Shown here in pieces: positions 1-12,657 of a stretch of 64,000 nt of DNA. Origin of the DNA: Candidatus Omnitrophota bacterium. Its GTDB lineage: Bacteria > Omnitrophota > Gorgyraeia > Zapsychrales > Zapsychraceae. The notes under the pieces are model-generated. The model was not told where the DNA came from, did not search any database, and saw only the letters and a list, made by a program, of their open reading frames with translations. Location: positions 282,689 to 346,688 of the forward strand of contig DOGZ01000014.1 in NCBI GenBank assembly GCA_003528115.1, read 5' to 3'. The translations under genes and the position numbers were made by a program. Numbering within the stretch: the first letter of the stretch is position 1; every line of letters starts with the position of its first letter.

Positions 1-1
1 T

Positions 2-316
2 TTTTGTAAGGCTTTTAATGAAAAAACAAAAGGAAGAGAAGCTCTTACCCTCCCCGTTATTATAACGGTATACAAAGATAAATCTTTCGATTTTATTATA
101 AAAACTCCGCCAAGCTCAGTCTTGCTTAAAAAAATTGCTAATCTGGCCAAGGCTTCAGGTGCGGCAGGAAAAGAGAAAATTGCACAGTTAAAGAAAAAGC
201 AAATAGAAGAAATTGCAAAAATGAAGATGGAAGATTTAAATACTGCTGATTTGCAACAGGCCATTGTGACGATAATGGGGACAGCAAAAAGTATGGGAAT
301 TGAGGTGGTAGATTAA
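2..316 (+). CDS. rplK: 50S ribosomal protein L11 (5' truncated at window edge)
   Basis: Frame-2 translation from nt 2 reads ...KAFNEKTKGREALTLPVIITVYKDKSFDFIIKTPPSSVLLKKIANLAKASGAAGKEK..., the conserved L11 core and C-terminus. The ORF-track start at 122 is an internal Met. Confidence 0.9.
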   Translation, partial: FCKAFNEKTKGREALTLPVIITVYKDKSFDFIIKTPPSSVLLKKIANLAKASGAAGKEKIAQLKKKQIEEIAKMKMEDLNTADLQQAIVTIMGTAKSMGIEVVD

Positions 317-997
317 ATGGTTAGAATAAATAAAAGAATGAAGGAAGTAAAAAAATTGTTTGATAGACAGAAGGTATATTCACTTGATAATGCCGTTGAA
401 CATATGGCTAAATTCCCAAAAGTGAAATTTGATGAAACAGTTGAGTTGCATTTTATGCTTAATGTGAATCCAAAAACTTCCGATCAATCTGTTCGTGGGA
501 CGGTAGCATTACCGCACGGGTTAGGAAAAAAAGTGAAGGTGGTTGTTTTTTGTAAAGGAGAACTTGAGCAAAAGGCTAAAGAGGCGGGTGCTGATCTTGT
601 CGGAGCGCAGGAACTTATTGAAAAGGTTGAGCAGGGTTTTATGGATTTTGATGTGGTAATCGCAGCGCCGGATATGATGAGAGATCTCAGCAAACTGGGG
701 AAGATTTTGGGGCCACGTGGATTAATGCCTACGCCTAAGGCTGGAACCGTTACGATGGATGTCGCTAAGGCTATAAAAGAAATTAAAGCGGGAAAGATTG
801 AATTTAAGTCTGATAAACAGGGGGGCATCCATGTCGGTATAGGAAAGAGATCGTTTTCTAAAGATAAATTACTTGAGAACATAAATCATTTAATAGATGC
901 CGTTAATCGTAGTAAGCCCAATTCAGTTAAAGGCAATCTGATTAGAAGTTTGTCCTTATCGTCAACTATGGGGCCCGGATTGAGGATCACGTTATGA
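317..997 (+). CDS. rplA: 50S ribosomal protein L1
   Basis: 226 aa, typical L1 sequence. Starts directly after the rplK stop (taaATG). Confidence 0.95.
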   Translation: MVRINKRMKEVKKLFDRQKVYSLDNAVEHMAKFPKVKFDETVELHFMLNVNPKTSDQSVRGTVALPHGLGKKVKVVVFCKGELEQKAKEAGADLVGAQELIEKVEQGFMDFDVVIAAPDMMRDLSKLGKILGPRGLMPTPKAGTVTMDVAKAIKEIKAGKIEFKSDKQGGIHVGIGKRSFSKDKLLENINHLIDAVNRSKPNSVKGNLIRSLSLSSTMGPGLRITL

Positions 998-1524
998 AAA
1001 AGGTTGGCCGATTATATCGAGAATACTTAGCTGATCGTATAAGGGAGAGAGTCGGTAACAGTAGCAGCACATTTCTTTTAAATTATACGCAAGTCGATTC
1101 ATCTCGTCTGAGTGATCTTCGCAAGAATCTTAAGAAAGCAGGAGCAGATGTTTGTGTATCGAAAAATTCCATTGCGCGGTTAGTTTTAAAGGACATGAAT
1201 TTCAGTGAATTTTCTGAGGAGGTTAAAGGACAAACAGCATTTGTCTGGAGTAAGGCGGATTCCGTAGAAGTGTCAAAAGTTTTACTCGAATTCATCAAAA
1301 ATTGTGAAAACATTTCTGTTCGAGGGGGATTGCTTGAAGGAAGGACTTTAAAAAAAGAGGATGTGAAGAAATTATCCGATTTACCATCCAAACAAATTTT
1401 GATAGCCACGCTTTTGGGGACTATTCAGGCCCCATTGACACGATTGGCTGGTATTTTAACAGCTAAATCAACTGAATTATTGTCTATATTGAAACAATTA
1501 AGTGAAAAAAAGGGAGGTAGTTAA
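994..1524 (+). CDS. rplJ: 50S ribosomal protein L10
   Basis: 176 aa L10-like. ATGA overlap with the rplA stop. Confidence 0.9.
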   Translation: MKKVGRLYREYLADRIRERVGNSSSTFLLNYTQVDSSRLSDLRKNLKKAGADVCVSKNSIARLVLKDMNFSEFSEEVKGQTAFVWSKADSVEVSKVLLEFIKNCENISVRGGLLEGRTLKKEDVKKLSDLPSKQILIATLLGTIQAPLTRLAGILTAKSTELLSILKQLSEKKGGS

Positions 1525-1525
1525 A

Positions 1526-1957
1526 ATGTCTGGAGATACTATGACGGAAAAAAAGAGTGTTTCTCTTTCTTCAAAATTGGAAGAGATCGCAAAAAACATC
1601 GAGGGATTAACAGCTCTTGAACTTTCTGAATTGGTGAAGGGCCTTGAAGATAGGCTTGGTATCAAAGCGGCCGCACCCATGGCTGCTGGCATGATGATGC
1701 CCGCTGGAGCGGTTGGTGGGGCACCGGCTGCCGCTGTTGAAGAAAAGACAGCATTTGATATTATTCTTACTAACGCAGGAGCCAATAAAATTGCTGTTAT
1801 CAAGGAAGTGAGAGCGGCAACTAATTTGGGTTTGAAAGAGGCTAAAGATCTCGTTGAGGCGGCGCCGAAAACTGTAAAAGAAGGGGTTTCCAAGGAAGAA
1901 GCAGAAGAACTTAAAAAGAAATTGGAAGCAGCAGGCGCTAAAGTTGAATTAAAATGA
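1526..1957 (+). CDS. rplL: 50S ribosomal protein L7/L12
   Basis: Ala-rich hinge ([23 protein letters not shown]) and conserved C-terminal domain ([24 protein letters not shown]). AAGGGAGG RBS precedes the ATG at 1526; the 1502 start would overlap rplJ. Confidence 0.9.
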   Translation: MSGDTMTEKKSVSLSSKLEEIAKNIEGLTALELSELVKGLEDRLGIKAAAPMAAGMMMPAGAVGGAPAAAVEEKTAFDIILTNAGANKIAVIKEVRAATNLGLKEAKDLVEAAPKTVKEGVSKEEAEELKKKLEAAGAKVELK

Positions 1958-2018
1958 GTCCAATTGGTTTCGTTTAATAAAACTAAACCCTTAAACGCCT
2001 CTAACCCACTTTGAGATA

Positions 2019-5000
2019 ATGAAAAAATTAAAAATCAAGAATTTTAGTAAATTTCAGGACAATTTTGAATTACCCTCGCTTCTGGATATTCAATTAGTTG
2101 CCTACGCAGATTTTCTCCAGTGGGATGCCTCACCTGAAAAGCGTAAAGATCAAGGTTTAGAAGAAGTTTTTCATGAAGTATTTCCTTTAGAGAGTTATGA
2201 TGGACAAATTAAGTTAGAATACTTTAGTTATACGTTGGGCAAGGAAAAATATTCAGCCGCTGAATGTAAGCGCAGAGGGGTGACCTATTCAGCGCCGCTT
2301 AAGGTGAAGCTTCGGTTGATTACGCCTGTGGATATTAAAGAGCAGGAAGTATATTTTGGCGAATTTCCCCTAATGACCGATACCGGGACATTTATTATTA
2401 ATGGTGATGAGCGTGTTGTTGTCTCGCAGATTCAGCGTCCGCCAGGTGTTTCATTTGAGGAAGAGTTACATCCTACCGGAAAGAGCATTTATCATGGGCG
2501 CATTATCCCTTCAAGAGGGGCGTGGTTCGAAATTCGCTATGACCTTAATAATATTTTGTTAGCGTATGTAGACCGTCGAAGAAATTTTCCGGCCACTCAA
2601 ATTTTGCGTATTATGGGATTATCAACGAATGAGGATATGCAAAAGATGTTTGGAGATGATTTTGAGAAATTAAAGCCAACTCTTGAGAAAGACCATACGG
2701 AAAATAAAGATGAAGCGTTGCTTGATTTTTATCGAAAGATGCGACCAACCGAACCGGCAACAATCGAAGTCGCCGATGGTTTATTTTTTAGATTATTTTT
2801 TGAAGCAAAACGCTATGATTTGAGTAAAGTTGGACGTCATATTGTCAATCGAAAATTAGGCATGGATATGCCTTTGGATAATAGAGTCTTAGATATCACT
2901 ACCGTAGTTGGAGTCATTCGCTATTTATTTGGGCTTCGAGAAGGGCGTGGGGACACGGATGATATTGATCATCTTGGGAATCGTCGTATTAAGACGGTTG
3001 GAGAGTTGGTTCAAAATCAAGTTCGGATCGGTTTAGCTCGCCTTGAACGCTCTATTAAAGAGCGTTTAGTGGTTATGACTAATTTTGAGAATCTGACTGT
3101 TCATCATTTAATTAATTCAAGACTCTTTTCAAATCAGATTCAAGACTTCTTTGCAAGAAGTCAGTTGTCTCAATTTATGGATCAGGTAAACCCTTTATCT
3201 GAGATGACGCATAAAAGAAGATTGAGCGCCTTGGGTCCGGGAGGGTTATCTCGTGAAAGAGCTGGTTTTGAGGTCAGAGATGTCCACCCCACCCACTATG
3301 GCCGTGTCTGTCCTATTGAGACGCCGGAAGGGCCTAATATCGGGTTGATTGCTTCTCTGACAAACTTTGCCCGCGTTAATGAGTTGGGATTTATCGAAAC
3401 ACCATATCGTAAAGTCGTCGACGGACGCGTGACTAAGAAAATTGAATATCTTACGGCGGATAAGGATCAACATGAATATGTTGCCCAAGCCAGTTCACTT
3501 GTGAATGAAAATGGAGAATTTACAGAGAAAGAAATTCTTTGCCGGTACAAAACGGATTTTCCTAAAGTCCGCCCAAAAGATGTTGCTTATATTGATGTCT
3601 CTCCCAAACAGCTAGTGTCCATCGCTGCTTCTCTTATTCCATTCTTAGAGCATGATGACGCTAACCGCGCTTTGATGGGGTCTAACATGCAACGTCAGGC
3701 TGTGCCTCTGATGATTCCTGAGGTCCCCTATGTTGGGACGGGAATGGAAGAAAAGGTCGCACGCGATTCTGGCGTTGTTGTGATTGCCAAGGATGAAGGA
3801 ATAGTTACGAAAGTTGATGCAAGTGAGATTGTTGTTGGCAAAAGAGTTTATCCATTAAAGAATTATCAACGGACAAATGCCAATACATGTATTCATCAAA
3901 GGCCTTTGGTTCATATTGGAGAGAAGGTGGAGGTAGGACAAATCATTGCCGATGGAGTAGCCACTCAAAATGGTCGTCTCGCTTTGGGACACAATGTTTT
4001 GGTTGCTTTCATGCCATGGCGTGGGTACAACTTTGAAGATGCTATCCTTGTTAACGAAAAGATAGTGCGCGAAGACGTGTTCACGTCAATTCATATTGAG
4101 AAGTTTGAAATTGAATGTCGAGAGACAAGATTAGGTAATGAGGAGATTACCCGGGATATTCCTAATGTCAGCGAAGAATCCTTAGTTAATTTAAATGAAG
4201 ATGGTATTGTCCGAGTCGGTGCGGATGTCAAAGCGGGGGATATTTTAGTCGGTAAAGTAACACCCAAAAGCGAGAAAGAACTTTCGCCGGAGGAGCGATT
4301 ACTTAGAGCTATCTTTGGGGAGAAAGCCGCCGATATTCGTGATACGTCGATGACTCTTTCTCCAGGCATAGAAGGTGTTGTTGTGAATATTGAAGTCTTT
4401 CAAAGAAATGAGCGCGGAAGAAAAGCTAAACTTGATAAAGAAAAAGAATCGGATGCTGTTGAAAAAATAAAAGCCTATTATAAACAAGAAATTCAGATGA
4501 TTGAGGAAGAGAAAGACAAGAGATTGTCTAAGCTTCTTGGGGTTGATAAAAAGAAATTAGGGAAAATTAAACCAGAAGACTTTGCTGAAGATTCTGAAGA
4601 GCTTGAGGTTATTCGATTTTATAATGACAAGATCGCTGAGTTAGTTGAAGAGGAAATTCAAGAGATTGAGAGAGCTAGGAGGGGAGATGAATTGCCGGCC
4701 GGCGTTCTTAAGCGCGTTATCGTTTATGTGGCGACTAAACGAAAGCTTTCAGAAGGCGACAAAATGGCTGGCCGTCATGGGAATAAAGGTATTGTATCCA
4801 GAATTCTACCCGAAGCGGATATGCCATTTTTAGAAGATGGAAGATCGGTTGATATAGTCTTGAACCCTTTAGGCGTTCCTTCCCGTATGAATGTGGGACA
4901 ACTTTTAGAGACTCATTTGGGCTGGGCCGTTCAGGCCCTTGGATTTTATGCTGAATCACCAGTTTTTAATGGGGCGACGGAAGAAGACATCCGTACCTGT

Positions 5001-5498
5001 TTAAAAGAGGCGGGTTTGCCCGAAGACGGAAAAACGACTGTTTATGATGGATATACGGGGATTCCATTTGATCAAAAAGTAACGGTGGGGGTCATTTACA
5101 TTTTGAAATTGAATCATCTCGTCGATGAGAAGATTCATGCCCGTTCGATTGGACCGTATTCATTGGTTACGCAACAGCCATTAGGCGGAAAGGCCCACTT
5201 TGGAGGACAACGGTTTGGAGAAATGGAAGTTTGGGCCTTGGAGGCTTATGGAGCGGCATACACACTTCAGGAGATGTTGACGGTAAAGAGTGATGACGTT
5301 ACAGGTCGCAGCCGAATGTACGAGGCTATCGTCAAAGGTCAACAAAAGCTCGCGCCTGGGACCCCAGAATCATTTAATGTCCTTGTTAAAGAACTTCAGG
5401 GACTGTGTCTGGATATTAAAATGGTTAAAGCGAATGCTGAAAATCCTGAAACAGATGAATCTAAAATAATTGAAAAACTAAGAGGTAAGAAAAAATAA
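2019..5498 (+). CDS. rpoB: DNA-directed RNA polymerase subunit beta
   Basis: 1159 aa with conserved beta-subunit blocks (e.g. [48 protein letters not shown]). Confidence 0.97.
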   Translation: MKKLKIKNFSKFQDNFELPSLLDIQLVAYADFLQWDASPEKRKDQGLEEVFHEVFPLESYDGQIKLEYFSYTLGKEKYSAAECKRRGVTYSAPLKVKLRLITPVDIKEQEVYFGEFPLMTDTGTFIINGDERVVVSQIQRPPGVSFEEELHPTGKSIYHGRIIPSRGAWFEIRYDLNNILLAYVDRRRNFPATQILRIMGLSTNEDMQKMFGDDFEKLKPTLEKDHTENKDEALLDFYRKMRPTEPATIEVADGLFFRLFFEAKRYDLSKVGRHIVNRKLGMDMPLDNRVLDITTVVGVIRYLFGLREGRGDTDDIDHLGNRRIKTVGELVQNQVRIGLARLERSIKERLVVMTNFENLTVHHLINSRLFSNQIQDFFARSQLSQFMDQVNPLSEMTHKRRLSALGPGGLSRERAGFEVRDVHPTHYGRVCPIETPEGPNIGLIASLTNFARVNELGFIETPYRKVVDGRVTKKIEYLTADKDQHEYVAQASSLVNENGEFTEKEILCRYKTDFPKVRPKDVAYIDVSPKQLVSIAASLIPFLEHDDANRALMGSNMQRQAVPLMIPEVPYVGTGMEEKVARDSGVVVIAKDEGIVTKVDASEIVVGKRVYPLKNYQRTNANTCIHQRPLVHIGEKVEVGQIIADGVATQNGRLALGHNVLVAFMPWRGYNFEDAILVNEKIVREDVFTSIHIEKFEIECRETRLGNEEITRDIPNVSEESLVNLNEDGIVRVGADVKAGDILVGKVTPKSEKELSPEERLLRAIFGEKAADIRDTSMTLSPGIEGVVVNIEVFQRNERGRKAKLDKEKESDAVEKIKAYYKQEIQMIEEEKDKRLSKLLGVDKKKLGKIKPEDFAEDSEELEVIRFYNDKIAELVEEEIQEIERARRGDELPAGVLKRVIVYVATKRKLSEGDKMAGRHGNKGIVSRILPEADMPFLEDGRSVDIVLNPLGVPSRMNVGQLLETHLGWAVQALGFYAESPVFNGATEEDIRTCLKEAGLPEDGKTTVYDGYTGIPFDQKVTVGVIYILKLNHLVDEKIHARSIGPYSLVTQQPLGGKAHFGGQRFGEMEVWALEAYGAAYTLQEMLTVKSDDVTGRSRMYEAIVKGQQKLAPGTPESFNVLVKELQGLCLDIKMVKANAENPETDESKIIEKLRGKKK

Positions 5499-5499
5499 A

Positions 5500-8400
5500 A
5501 TGACGAAACCAGAAGACATTAATAATCGCGACCGAATTACTATCGGGATTGCTTCTCCAGAAGTGATTCGTTCTTGGTCTCACGGAGTTGTCAAGAAGGC
5601 GGAAACGCTGAATTACAGAACTTTGAAACCTGAAAAGGACGGTCTTTTTTGCGAAAAAATTTTTGGGCCGGTTCGAGATTGGGAATGTAATTGCGGAAAG
5701 TATAAAGGGATTAAGTTTAAGGGAATCACCTGTGATCGTTGCGGCGTGACCGTCAATCGATCTTCTGTTCGTCGAGAACGAATGGGGCATATCGAATTAG
5801 CCTGCCCAGTGACACACATATGGTTTTATAAAGCCGTTCCTAGCCGATTAGCGGCGTTATTACAGTTGGGTCTGAGAGATTTGGAAAAACTTATTTATTA
5901 TGAAGAATACGTTGTTATCAATCCCGGTGAGACTCCGTTGAAAAAGAAACAGTTTTTATCTGAAGATGAATATCAAGACGCTTTGGTGAAATATGGTGGA
6001 GCCTTTAAGGCGAAAATTGGAGCCGAGGCGGTTGAAGAACTTCTAAAAGAACTTGATTTGGATGATTTGTGCAAGAAATTACGTAAAGATTTAGAGAAAT
6101 CTAATCCGGCGGGGACGAACGCAAAGAAAATATCTAAGACCCTGAAGGTGGCGGAAGATTTTAAGGGTTCTAATAACTCGCCGGACTGGATGGTTCTTGA
6201 TGTTTTGCCCGTTATCCCACCCGATTTAAGACCCCTTGTTCCCCTTGAGGGGGGGCGGTTTGCCACTTCAGACTTGAATGATCTTTATCGTCGTGTAATT
6301 AATCGTAATAATCGATTAAAGAAATTAATAGATCTTAAGGCGCCTGAAATTATTTGCCGTAATGAGAAACGTATGCTTCAGGAAGCAGTTGACGCTTTAC
6401 TCGATAACGGTCGTCATGGTCGACCTGTTTTAGGTTCAGGCAATCGCCCCTTAAAATCCCTTTCGGATATGCTAAAAGGCAAGCAGGGGAGATTCCGTAT
6501 GAATCTCCTTGGAAAACGCGTTGATTATTCGGGGCGTTCTGTTATCGTCGTAGGCCCAAATTTAAAATTACATCAATGCGGGCTGCCTAAAAAAATGGCG
6601 CTTGAGCTCTTTGAGCCGTTTATTATCCGTAAGCTTCGTGAGAAAGGGTATGTGCATACCATCAAAGGGGCTAAAAGGATGGTCGAGAAGGCCAAAGTAG
6701 AGGTCTGGGATATTTTAGATGAGGTTATCAAAGACCATCCGGTCATGTTGAATCGAGCTCCCACACTTCACCGTTTGAGTATTCAGGCCTTTTACCCGAT
6801 TCTCGTTGAAGGCAAAGCGATCAAACTTCATCCCCTTGTATGCGCGGCTTTCAACGCTGATTTTGACGGGGATCAAATGGCTGTTCATATTCCTCTTTCC
6901 TTAGAAGCCCAAATGGAATGTCGCTTAGAATTGCTTTCTGTAAATAATTTATTCTCACCGGCTGATGGCCGTCCGGTTATCTCGCCCTCACAGGATGTGG
7001 TATTGGGCCTTTATTATCTTACCAAGGAAAATGAAAAAGATAAGGACGAGGATAAGATTTTTGCCTCAACTGAAGAAGTAATGATCGCCTTTAACGATGG
7101 GATGTTGGCTCTGCATAAACGCATTAAGTTGAGGCTTAAATTCCCTGTTTGGGGTGACGAAAAGCCTTCTTTAATTATTTCACAAGAAGAAGCTTTAGAG
7201 GGAAAACAAGAGAAAACACAACAAGAAGCCTCGCATAAATCGACAATAATTGAAACTACCGTTGGGCGGGTCATTTTAAATGAATTGCTACCAGAGGGAT
7301 TTGGTTTTGTTAATGAATTGCAGGATAAAAAGAAAATCGGTGCTGTTATTTCAAATTGTTATAAAAGATTTGGTCAGGATAAGACAATTAAACTCCTGGA
7401 TAATTTGAAGGATCTAGGATTTAATTATGCGACTCTTGCGGGTATTTCTATAGGAATTTCAGATATAACGATTCCAATACAGAAAGCTGAAATTCTTAAA
7501 AATTCTAAACAAGAAGTTAGTAAAATAGAAGATCAATATCGAAAAGGTATTATTACCGGGAGAGAGCGGTACAATAAAATAATTGACGTCTGGACCCATA
7601 CCACAGAAACGTTATCTGATTTGGTATTTAAGCAGATGGATCCGTTTAATCCAGTTTTCATTATGGCTGATTCTGGAGCCCGCGGTTCACGTTTGCAGAT
7701 CCGTCAACTTTCCGGGATGAGGGGATTGATGGCGAAACCTTCGGGTGAAATTATTGAAAATCCTATTACGGCCAGTTTCCGTGAGGGTTTAAGCGTTCTT
7801 GAGTACTTTATATCGACGCACGGCGCTCGCAAAGGGTTGGCGGATACCGCGTTAAAGACCGCTGATGCAGGTTATTTAACTCGACGCCTTGTCGACGTGG
7901 CACAAGAGATGGTTATTGGTGAAGAGGATTGCAAAACTCAAAATGGTATTACCGTCTCTGCGATCATCGAGGGAGATGAGCTTGTAGTAAGTTTAAAAGA
8001 ACGGATCACTGGACGTGTTGCCCTTGATACGATTGTAGACATTGTGACGGATCATAAGGTTGTTGAGGCTGGGGATGTAATTACAGAAGAAACTGCGGAA
8101 TTTATCGAACACCTTGGTATTGAGAAGGTACGTATTCGAAGTGTTTTAACCTGCGAGTCTGAACGTGGGTTGTGCGTTAAGTGTTATGGGCGGAATTTAG
8201 CCACGCAACGGTTGGTTGAAATCGGAGAAGCTGTTGGAACAATAGCTGCACAAAGCATAGGAGAGCCTGGCACGCAGCTAACGATGCGTACATTTCATAT
8301 TGGGGGTACGGCCAGCCGTGCTATCGAACAATCATTTTATAAAGCAAAGAATAATGGAACAGTAAAATATCATCAATTGCGGGTTGTCGCTAAAGACAAA

Positions 8401-9621
8401 GAATTTATAGTTCTTAATCGCAATGGATCTATAAGCATAAATAATGAATTCGGACGAGAATTTGAACGTTACCAATTACCGCAAGGTGCTGTCATCAAGG
8501 CGTCCGACGGTGAAACAATTGTAAAGGATCAGGTGTTTGTTACATGGGATCCTTATACAATCCCCATTATTACAGAAGTTAAGGGGGGTGTAAATTCAGA
8601 AGATCTCATTGCCAATGTGACGGTTCAAGAAGAGCAAAACCCAGTGACGGGAGTAACGGAAAGGGTGGTTGTTGAGCATAAACAAGAGTATCATCCGCAG
8701 ATTATCATTACCGATGATAAGCAGGAGATAGTTGGTATTTATTCAATTCCTATTGGAGCACACATTCTTGTTAAAGATAAACAGGAAGTGAGCGCGGGAG
8801 ATTTGATTGCCAAAATTCCGCGGGGGGCCGGAAAGACAAGGGATATTACGGGAGGGCTTCCTCGCGTCGCAGAATTGTTTGAAGCTAGAAAACCTAAAGA
8901 TCCAGCAGTTATTAGTGAGATAGACGGTGCCGTCGAATTTGGTGAAGATAAAAAAGGCCGGAGGACAATTATTGTAAAAAGTCCGACGGGTATGGTGGTA
9001 GAATACACTATCCCTCATGGAAAACACCCAAATGTTTATAGGGGTGATAGAGTTTTTGCAGGTCAACAACTCACGGATGGGCCTGTTGTCCCGCATGATA
9101 TTTTAAGAGTTTGCGGAGACAAGGTTCTTCAAGAGTATTTACTCAATGAAGTCCAAGAAGTTTATCGTTTACAAGGAGTGCGTATAAATGATAAACACAT
9201 TGAATTGATTATTTCACAGATGCTCAAGAAGGTGAAAATAGAAGATGCTGGCGACACAAGTCTTTTAGTCGGGGAACAGGTGAATCGCGTTACTTTTAAA
9301 AAGATTAATGAGGAGATATTAAAGAAGAAAGGAAAGCCAGCCCAAGCGACACCGCTTTTATTAGGTATTACGAAAGTTTCTTTGACAACAGAAAGTTTCA
9401 TTTCCTCGGCGAGTTTTCAAGAAACAACAAGAGTCTTGACAGAAGCTGCCTCATCTGGTAAAATTGATTTTCTTTGTGGCTTGAAAGAGAATGTAATTGT
9501 AGGACATTTGATACCCGCAGGGACGGGGCTAAGACAATACAGAGAAGTGGAAGTGGTAAAATATGCCGACGATACAACAGCTCATCAGGAAAAGCAGAGT
9601 ACAGAAACAAAAGAAGAGTAA
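5500..9621 (+). CDS. rpoC: DNA-directed RNA polymerase subunit beta'
   Basis: 1373 aa with Zn-finger [21 protein letters not shown] and the catalytic NADFDGD motif. Starts 1 nt after the rpoB stop. Confidence 0.97.
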   Translation: MTKPEDINNRDRITIGIASPEVIRSWSHGVVKKAETLNYRTLKPEKDGLFCEKIFGPVRDWECNCGKYKGIKFKGITCDRCGVTVNRSSVRRERMGHIELACPVTHIWFYKAVPSRLAALLQLGLRDLEKLIYYEEYVVINPGETPLKKKQFLSEDEYQDALVKYGGAFKAKIGAEAVEELLKELDLDDLCKKLRKDLEKSNPAGTNAKKISKTLKVAEDFKGSNNSPDWMVLDVLPVIPPDLRPLVPLEGGRFATSDLNDLYRRVINRNNRLKKLIDLKAPEIICRNEKRMLQEAVDALLDNGRHGRPVLGSGNRPLKSLSDMLKGKQGRFRMNLLGKRVDYSGRSVIVVGPNLKLHQCGLPKKMALELFEPFIIRKLREKGYVHTIKGAKRMVEKAKVEVWDILDEVIKDHPVMLNRAPTLHRLSIQAFYPILVEGKAIKLHPLVCAAFNADFDGDQMAVHIPLSLEAQMECRLELLSVNNLFSPADGRPVISPSQDVVLGLYYLTKENEKDKDEDKIFASTEEVMIAFNDGMLALHKRIKLRLKFPVWGDEKPSLIISQEEALEGKQEKTQQEASHKSTIIETTVGRVILNELLPEGFGFVNELQDKKKIGAVISNCYKRFGQDKTIKLLDNLKDLGFNYATLAGISIGISDITIPIQKAEILKNSKQEVSKIEDQYRKGIITGRERYNKIIDVWTHTTETLSDLVFKQMDPFNPVFIMADSGARGSRLQIRQLSGMRGLMAKPSGEIIENPITASFREGLSVLEYFISTHGARKGLADTALKTADAGYLTRRLVDVAQEMVIGEEDCKTQNGITVSAIIEGDELVVSLKERITGRVALDTIVDIVTDHKVVEAGDVITEETAEFIEHLGIEKVRIRSVLTCESERGLCVKCYGRNLATQRLVEIGEAVGTIAAQSIGEPGTQLTMRTFHIGGTASRAIEQSFYKAKNNGTVKYHQLRVVAKDKEFIVLNRNGSISINNEFGREFERYQLPQGAVIKASDGETIVKDQVFVTWDPYTIPIITEVKGGVNSEDLIANVTVQEEQNPVTGVTERVVVEHKQEYHPQIIITDDKQEIVGIYSIPIGAHILVKDKQEVSAGDLIAKIPRGAGKTRDITGGLPRVAELFEARKPKDPAVISEIDGAVEFGEDKKGRRTIIVKSPTGMVVEYTIPHGKHPNVYRGDRVFAGQQLTDGPVVPHDILRVCGDKVLQEYLLNEVQEVYRLQGVRINDKHIELIISQMLKKVKIEDAGDTSLLVGEQVNRVTFKKINEEILKKKGKPAQATPLLLGITKVSLTTESFISSASFQETTRVLTEAASSGKIDFLCGLKENVIVGHLIPAGTGLRQYREVEVVKYADDTTAHQEKQSTETKEE

Positions 9622-9940
9622 ATCTCCCGCCTTGACAAATTGTCCGTTTCGCCGGGGTGTGTGTCTTCAGGTTAAAACCATGACTCCCAAGAAGCCCAAT
9701 TCGGCGTTACGTAAAATTGCAAGAGTGAGATTATCTAACAAATTTGAGGTAACTTCTTATATTCCTGGCGAAGGCCACAATTTGCAGGAACACTCAATTG
9801 TTTTGGTGCGTGGCGGTCGTGTTAAAGATTTACCTGGAGTAAGATATCATATTGTGCGGGGTACATTAGACACATCAGGGGTTAAAAAACGTAAGAAATC
9901 CCGTTCCAAATACGGAGCTAAGAGGGAAAGTACTAAATAA
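9563..9940 (+). CDS. rpsL: 30S ribosomal protein S12
   Basis: Canonical S12 N-terminus [10 protein letters not shown]...[15 protein letters not shown] and [11 protein letters not shown]. Start lies 59 nt inside the 3' end of rpoC in another frame. Confidence 0.9.
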   Translation: MPTIQQLIRKSRVQKQKKSKSPALTNCPFRRGVCLQVKTMTPKKPNSALRKIARVRLSNKFEVTSYIPGEGHNLQEHSIVLVRGGRVKDLPGVRYHIVRGTLDTSGVKKRKKSRSKYGAKRESTK

Positions 9941-9941
9941 G

Positions 9942-10412
9942 ATGAGAAGACGAAAAGCCGAACAACGAGAACCAATAGCTGATCCTAAATTTAGCAGTAG
10001 ACTCCTTTCTAAGTTCATAAATACAATTATGGAGAATGGCAAGAAAACTGTTGCTGAAGGAATTGTTTACGGAGCGCTTGATATTCTTGAACAAAAAACA
10101 CAAGAGACAAATGTTATAAAAGTCTTTAATAAAGCCATTGAAAATGTCCGTCCTAAGTTAGAAGTCAAAGCTAGACGGATAGGAGGAGCAACGTATCAGG
10201 TGCCTATTGAAGTGCCCTCAGGACGAGCCAATTCACTGGCGATACGCTGGCTTAGAGATTTTGCGCGAACTAAAAAAGGAAGACCAATGGATGTTAAGCT
10301 TGCTGATGAACTATTGGCTGCTTATAAAGGAGAAGGTGCCGCTGTAAAAAAACGTGACGATACGCATAAGATGGCTGAAGCTAATAAAGCCTTTTCTCAC
10401 CTAAGATGGTAG
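9942..10412 (+). CDS. rpsG: 30S ribosomal protein S7
   Basis: 156 aa typical S7, immediately after the rpsL stop. Confidence 0.95.
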   Translation: MRRRKAEQREPIADPKFSSRLLSKFINTIMENGKKTVAEGIVYGALDILEQKTQETNVIKVFNKAIENVRPKLEVKARRIGGATYQVPIEVPSGRANSLAIRWLRDFARTKKGRPMDVKLADELLAAYKGEGAAVKKRDDTHKMAEANKAFSHLRW

Positions 10413-10414
10413 AA

Positions 10415-10460
10415 AATGGCAGTGCCAATTTTAAAGAAGATTTTAAAAGGTACTGCCATT
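10415..10460 (+). promoter_or_regulatory. Inverted repeat/hairpin immediately after rpsG stop (AATGGCAGT...ACTGCCATT with nested TTTTAAA/TTTAAAA arms)
   Basis: 9-bp perfect arms 10415-10423 and 10452-10460, seen directly. No clear U-tract, so either a weak terminator/attenuator or a protein-binding site between rpsG and fusA. Confidence 0.35.
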
Positions 10461-10515
10461 CTTAATATAAAGGCAGTTATAAATTATTATTAAGAAATAA
10501 AATTTTGAGGAAGTA

Positions 10516-12618
10516 ATGGAAGACACAGCACTAAAAGATTATAGAAATATAGGCATTATAGCCCATATAGATGCAGGAAAGACAACTACGACTGAACGGA
10601 TTTTGTTTTATACCGGTGTCATTCATAAAATGGGGAATATTGATGAAGGAAATACCACGATGGACTGGATGGAACAAGAACAGGAAAGAGGTATTACCAT
10701 CACAGCTGCCAACACAACGTGTTTTTGGAAAAACAAAAAAATTAATATTATTGATACTCCCGGACACGTGGATTTTACCATCGAAGTTGAGCGTTCTTTA
10801 AAAGTATTGGATGGAGCTGTTGTAGTCTTATGCGGCACGAGTGGCGTACAGCCTCAGACGGAAACAGTTTGGCGGCAGGCTGATCGGTATGGCGTTCCAC
10901 GGGTTGCTTTTGTTAATAAGTTAGATCGGTTAGGGGCTAATTTTGAACGAGTTCTCGGTGATATCCATGAAAGATTAGGTGCAAACGCGGCCGCTATTCA
11001 ACTTCCAGATGGCTATGAGGATAGTTTCAAAGGAATTATGGATATTATCGAAGAAAAATATTATGTGTACAAAGATGATCAGGGAAAACAGATTGATACC
11101 CTGCCAATTCCTGAAGATTTTAAAAAGAAGGTCAAAGAAGCCCGACACATCCTTATTGAACGTTTGTCAGATGCTGATGACGAAATTATGGGGAAATTTC
11201 TAGAAGAGAAAGATATAACGGCAAGTGAAATTAAAGCGGGTATACGCAGAGCTGTGATTAAAAATGCATTCCTTCCAGTTCTTTGTGGGACATCTCTTAG
11301 AAATAAAGGAGTTCAGCTCGTTCTTGATGCTGTCTGCGATTATCTCCCCTCTCCCCTGGATGTTCCTCCCATTAAGGGGATTGACCCTTCAACAAGAGAG
11401 GAGTTGATTCGTGAGACTGACCCTAATGCTCCTTTAAGTGCCCTCGTATTTAAAATAGCTACAGATCCTTATGTTGGAAAATTATTTTATACTAGAATAT
11501 ATTCAGGGACTCTTAATTCAGGTAGTCAGGTTTATAATTCAACGGAAGAGACTAAAGAAAGAATCTCTAAGATAGTTCTCATGCATGCGAATAAACAAGA
11601 GATTGTTCAAAAGGCTTCCGCCGGAGAAATTGTTGCCTTGGTTGGTTTAAAAGACTCAAAAACCGGTAGTACACTTTGTGATCAAGACAAAAAAATTCTT
11701 TTGGAAAATATGCGAATCCCGGAACCGGTTGTTTCTATGGCCATAGAACCTAAAACTAAGGCCGATCAAGATAAGCTAGGGCTCACGTTGAAGAAATTTC
11801 TTGATGAAGATCCTTCGCTTAGAGTCAAGTATGATGAAGAAACAGCTCAAACTATTATTTCTGGTATGGGAGAACTTCATCTTGAAATTATCATAGATCG
11901 CATGAAACGGGAATTTAATCTTGAAACGAACATCGGTCGGCCGGAAGTTGCTTATAAAGAAACGATTACCAAAAAAGTTACTGGAATTGTAGGGAAATTT
12001 ATTTCTCAAAGCGGTGGGCGTGGACAATATGGTCATGTGGTTATTGATGTAGAGCCGGCAGAGGAAAAGGGTAAAGGGGTGGTATTTGTTAACAAGATTA
12101 AAGGGGGATCTATCCCGCGTGAATTTATACCCGCCGTTGAAAAAGGTATTAAGAGCGCCTCTTTAAATGGAATTCTAGCTGGATACCCAGCGACGGATTT
12201 TACTGTTACTTTAGTTGATGGATCATATCATGAAGTTGACTCAAGTGAATTATCCTTTCAATTGGCAGCTAAATATGCCTTGAAAGAGGCATTGGACAAG
12301 GGACGATCGATATTCTTAGAGCCGATCATGGATATTGAATTATCTTGTCCTGAAGATTTTATGGGAACAGTGATTGGGGATTTAAATACTCGAAGGGCAA
12401 AAATTACTAATCTTGGAACGCGTGGGAAAATAAAAACTGCCAGATGCGAAGTCCCTTTAGCAGAGATGTTTAATTACGTAAATGCCATACGTTCTCTTAC
12501 TCAGGGACGCGCGGCATTTTCCATGGAACCTGCATATTACGCGGAGGTTCCTAAATATATCGCTGATAAAATTATAGGTGAAAAACAAGGTGCTTTGACC
12601 AAAAAAGTTAATAGATAA
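10516..12618 (+). CDS. fusA: Elongation factor G
   Basis: 700 aa with GTPase motifs [21 protein letters not shown]. Confidence 0.97.
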   Translation: MEDTALKDYRNIGIIAHIDAGKTTTTERILFYTGVIHKMGNIDEGNTTMDWMEQEQERGITITAANTTCFWKNKKINIIDTPGHVDFTIEVERSLKVLDGAVVVLCGTSGVQPQTETVWRQADRYGVPRVAFVNKLDRLGANFERVLGDIHERLGANAAAIQLPDGYEDSFKGIMDIIEEKYYVYKDDQGKQIDTLPIPEDFKKKVKEARHILIERLSDADDEIMGKFLEEKDITASEIKAGIRRAVIKNAFLPVLCGTSLRNKGVQLVLDAVCDYLPSPLDVPPIKGIDPSTREELIRETDPNAPLSALVFKIATDPYVGKLFYTRIYSGTLNSGSQVYNSTEETKERISKIVLMHANKQEIVQKASAGEIVALVGLKDSKTGSTLCDQDKKILLENMRIPEPVVSMAIEPKTKADQDKLGLTLKKFLDEDPSLRVKYDEETAQTIISGMGELHLEIIIDRMKREFNLETNIGRPEVAYKETITKKVTGIVGKFISQSGGRGQYGHVVIDVEPAEEKGKGVVFVNKIKGGSIPREFIPAVEKGIKSASLNGILAGYPATDFTVTLVDGSYHEVDSSELSFQLAAKYALKEALDKGRSIFLEPIMDIELSCPEDFMGTVIGDLNTRRAKITNLGTRGKIKTARCEVPLAEMFNYVNAIRSLTQGRAAFSMEPAYYAEVPKYIADKIIGEKQGALTKKVNR

Positions 12619-12657
12619 AGAATGGAAGTTTTTTGATAAAAAGGGAGGAGTATTACC

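Noticed and set aside
484-882. 132-aa minus-strand ORF antisense to rplA
   Set aside because: Lies entirely within a highly conserved r-protein gene on the opposite strand, with low-complexity Ser/Pro-rich translation and no RBS. An antisense artefact, like the similar ORFs at 1083-1409, 1498-1893, 3246-3488, 4091-4369, 8743-9096, 15893-16285, 29322-29753, 33147-33557, 36744-37202 and 41578-41895.
1502-1525. Upstream start MKKREVVK for rplL
   Set aside because: It overlaps the rplJ 3' end. An AAGGGAGG RBS sits in front of the ATG at 1526, which gives the canonical L7/L12 N-terminus.
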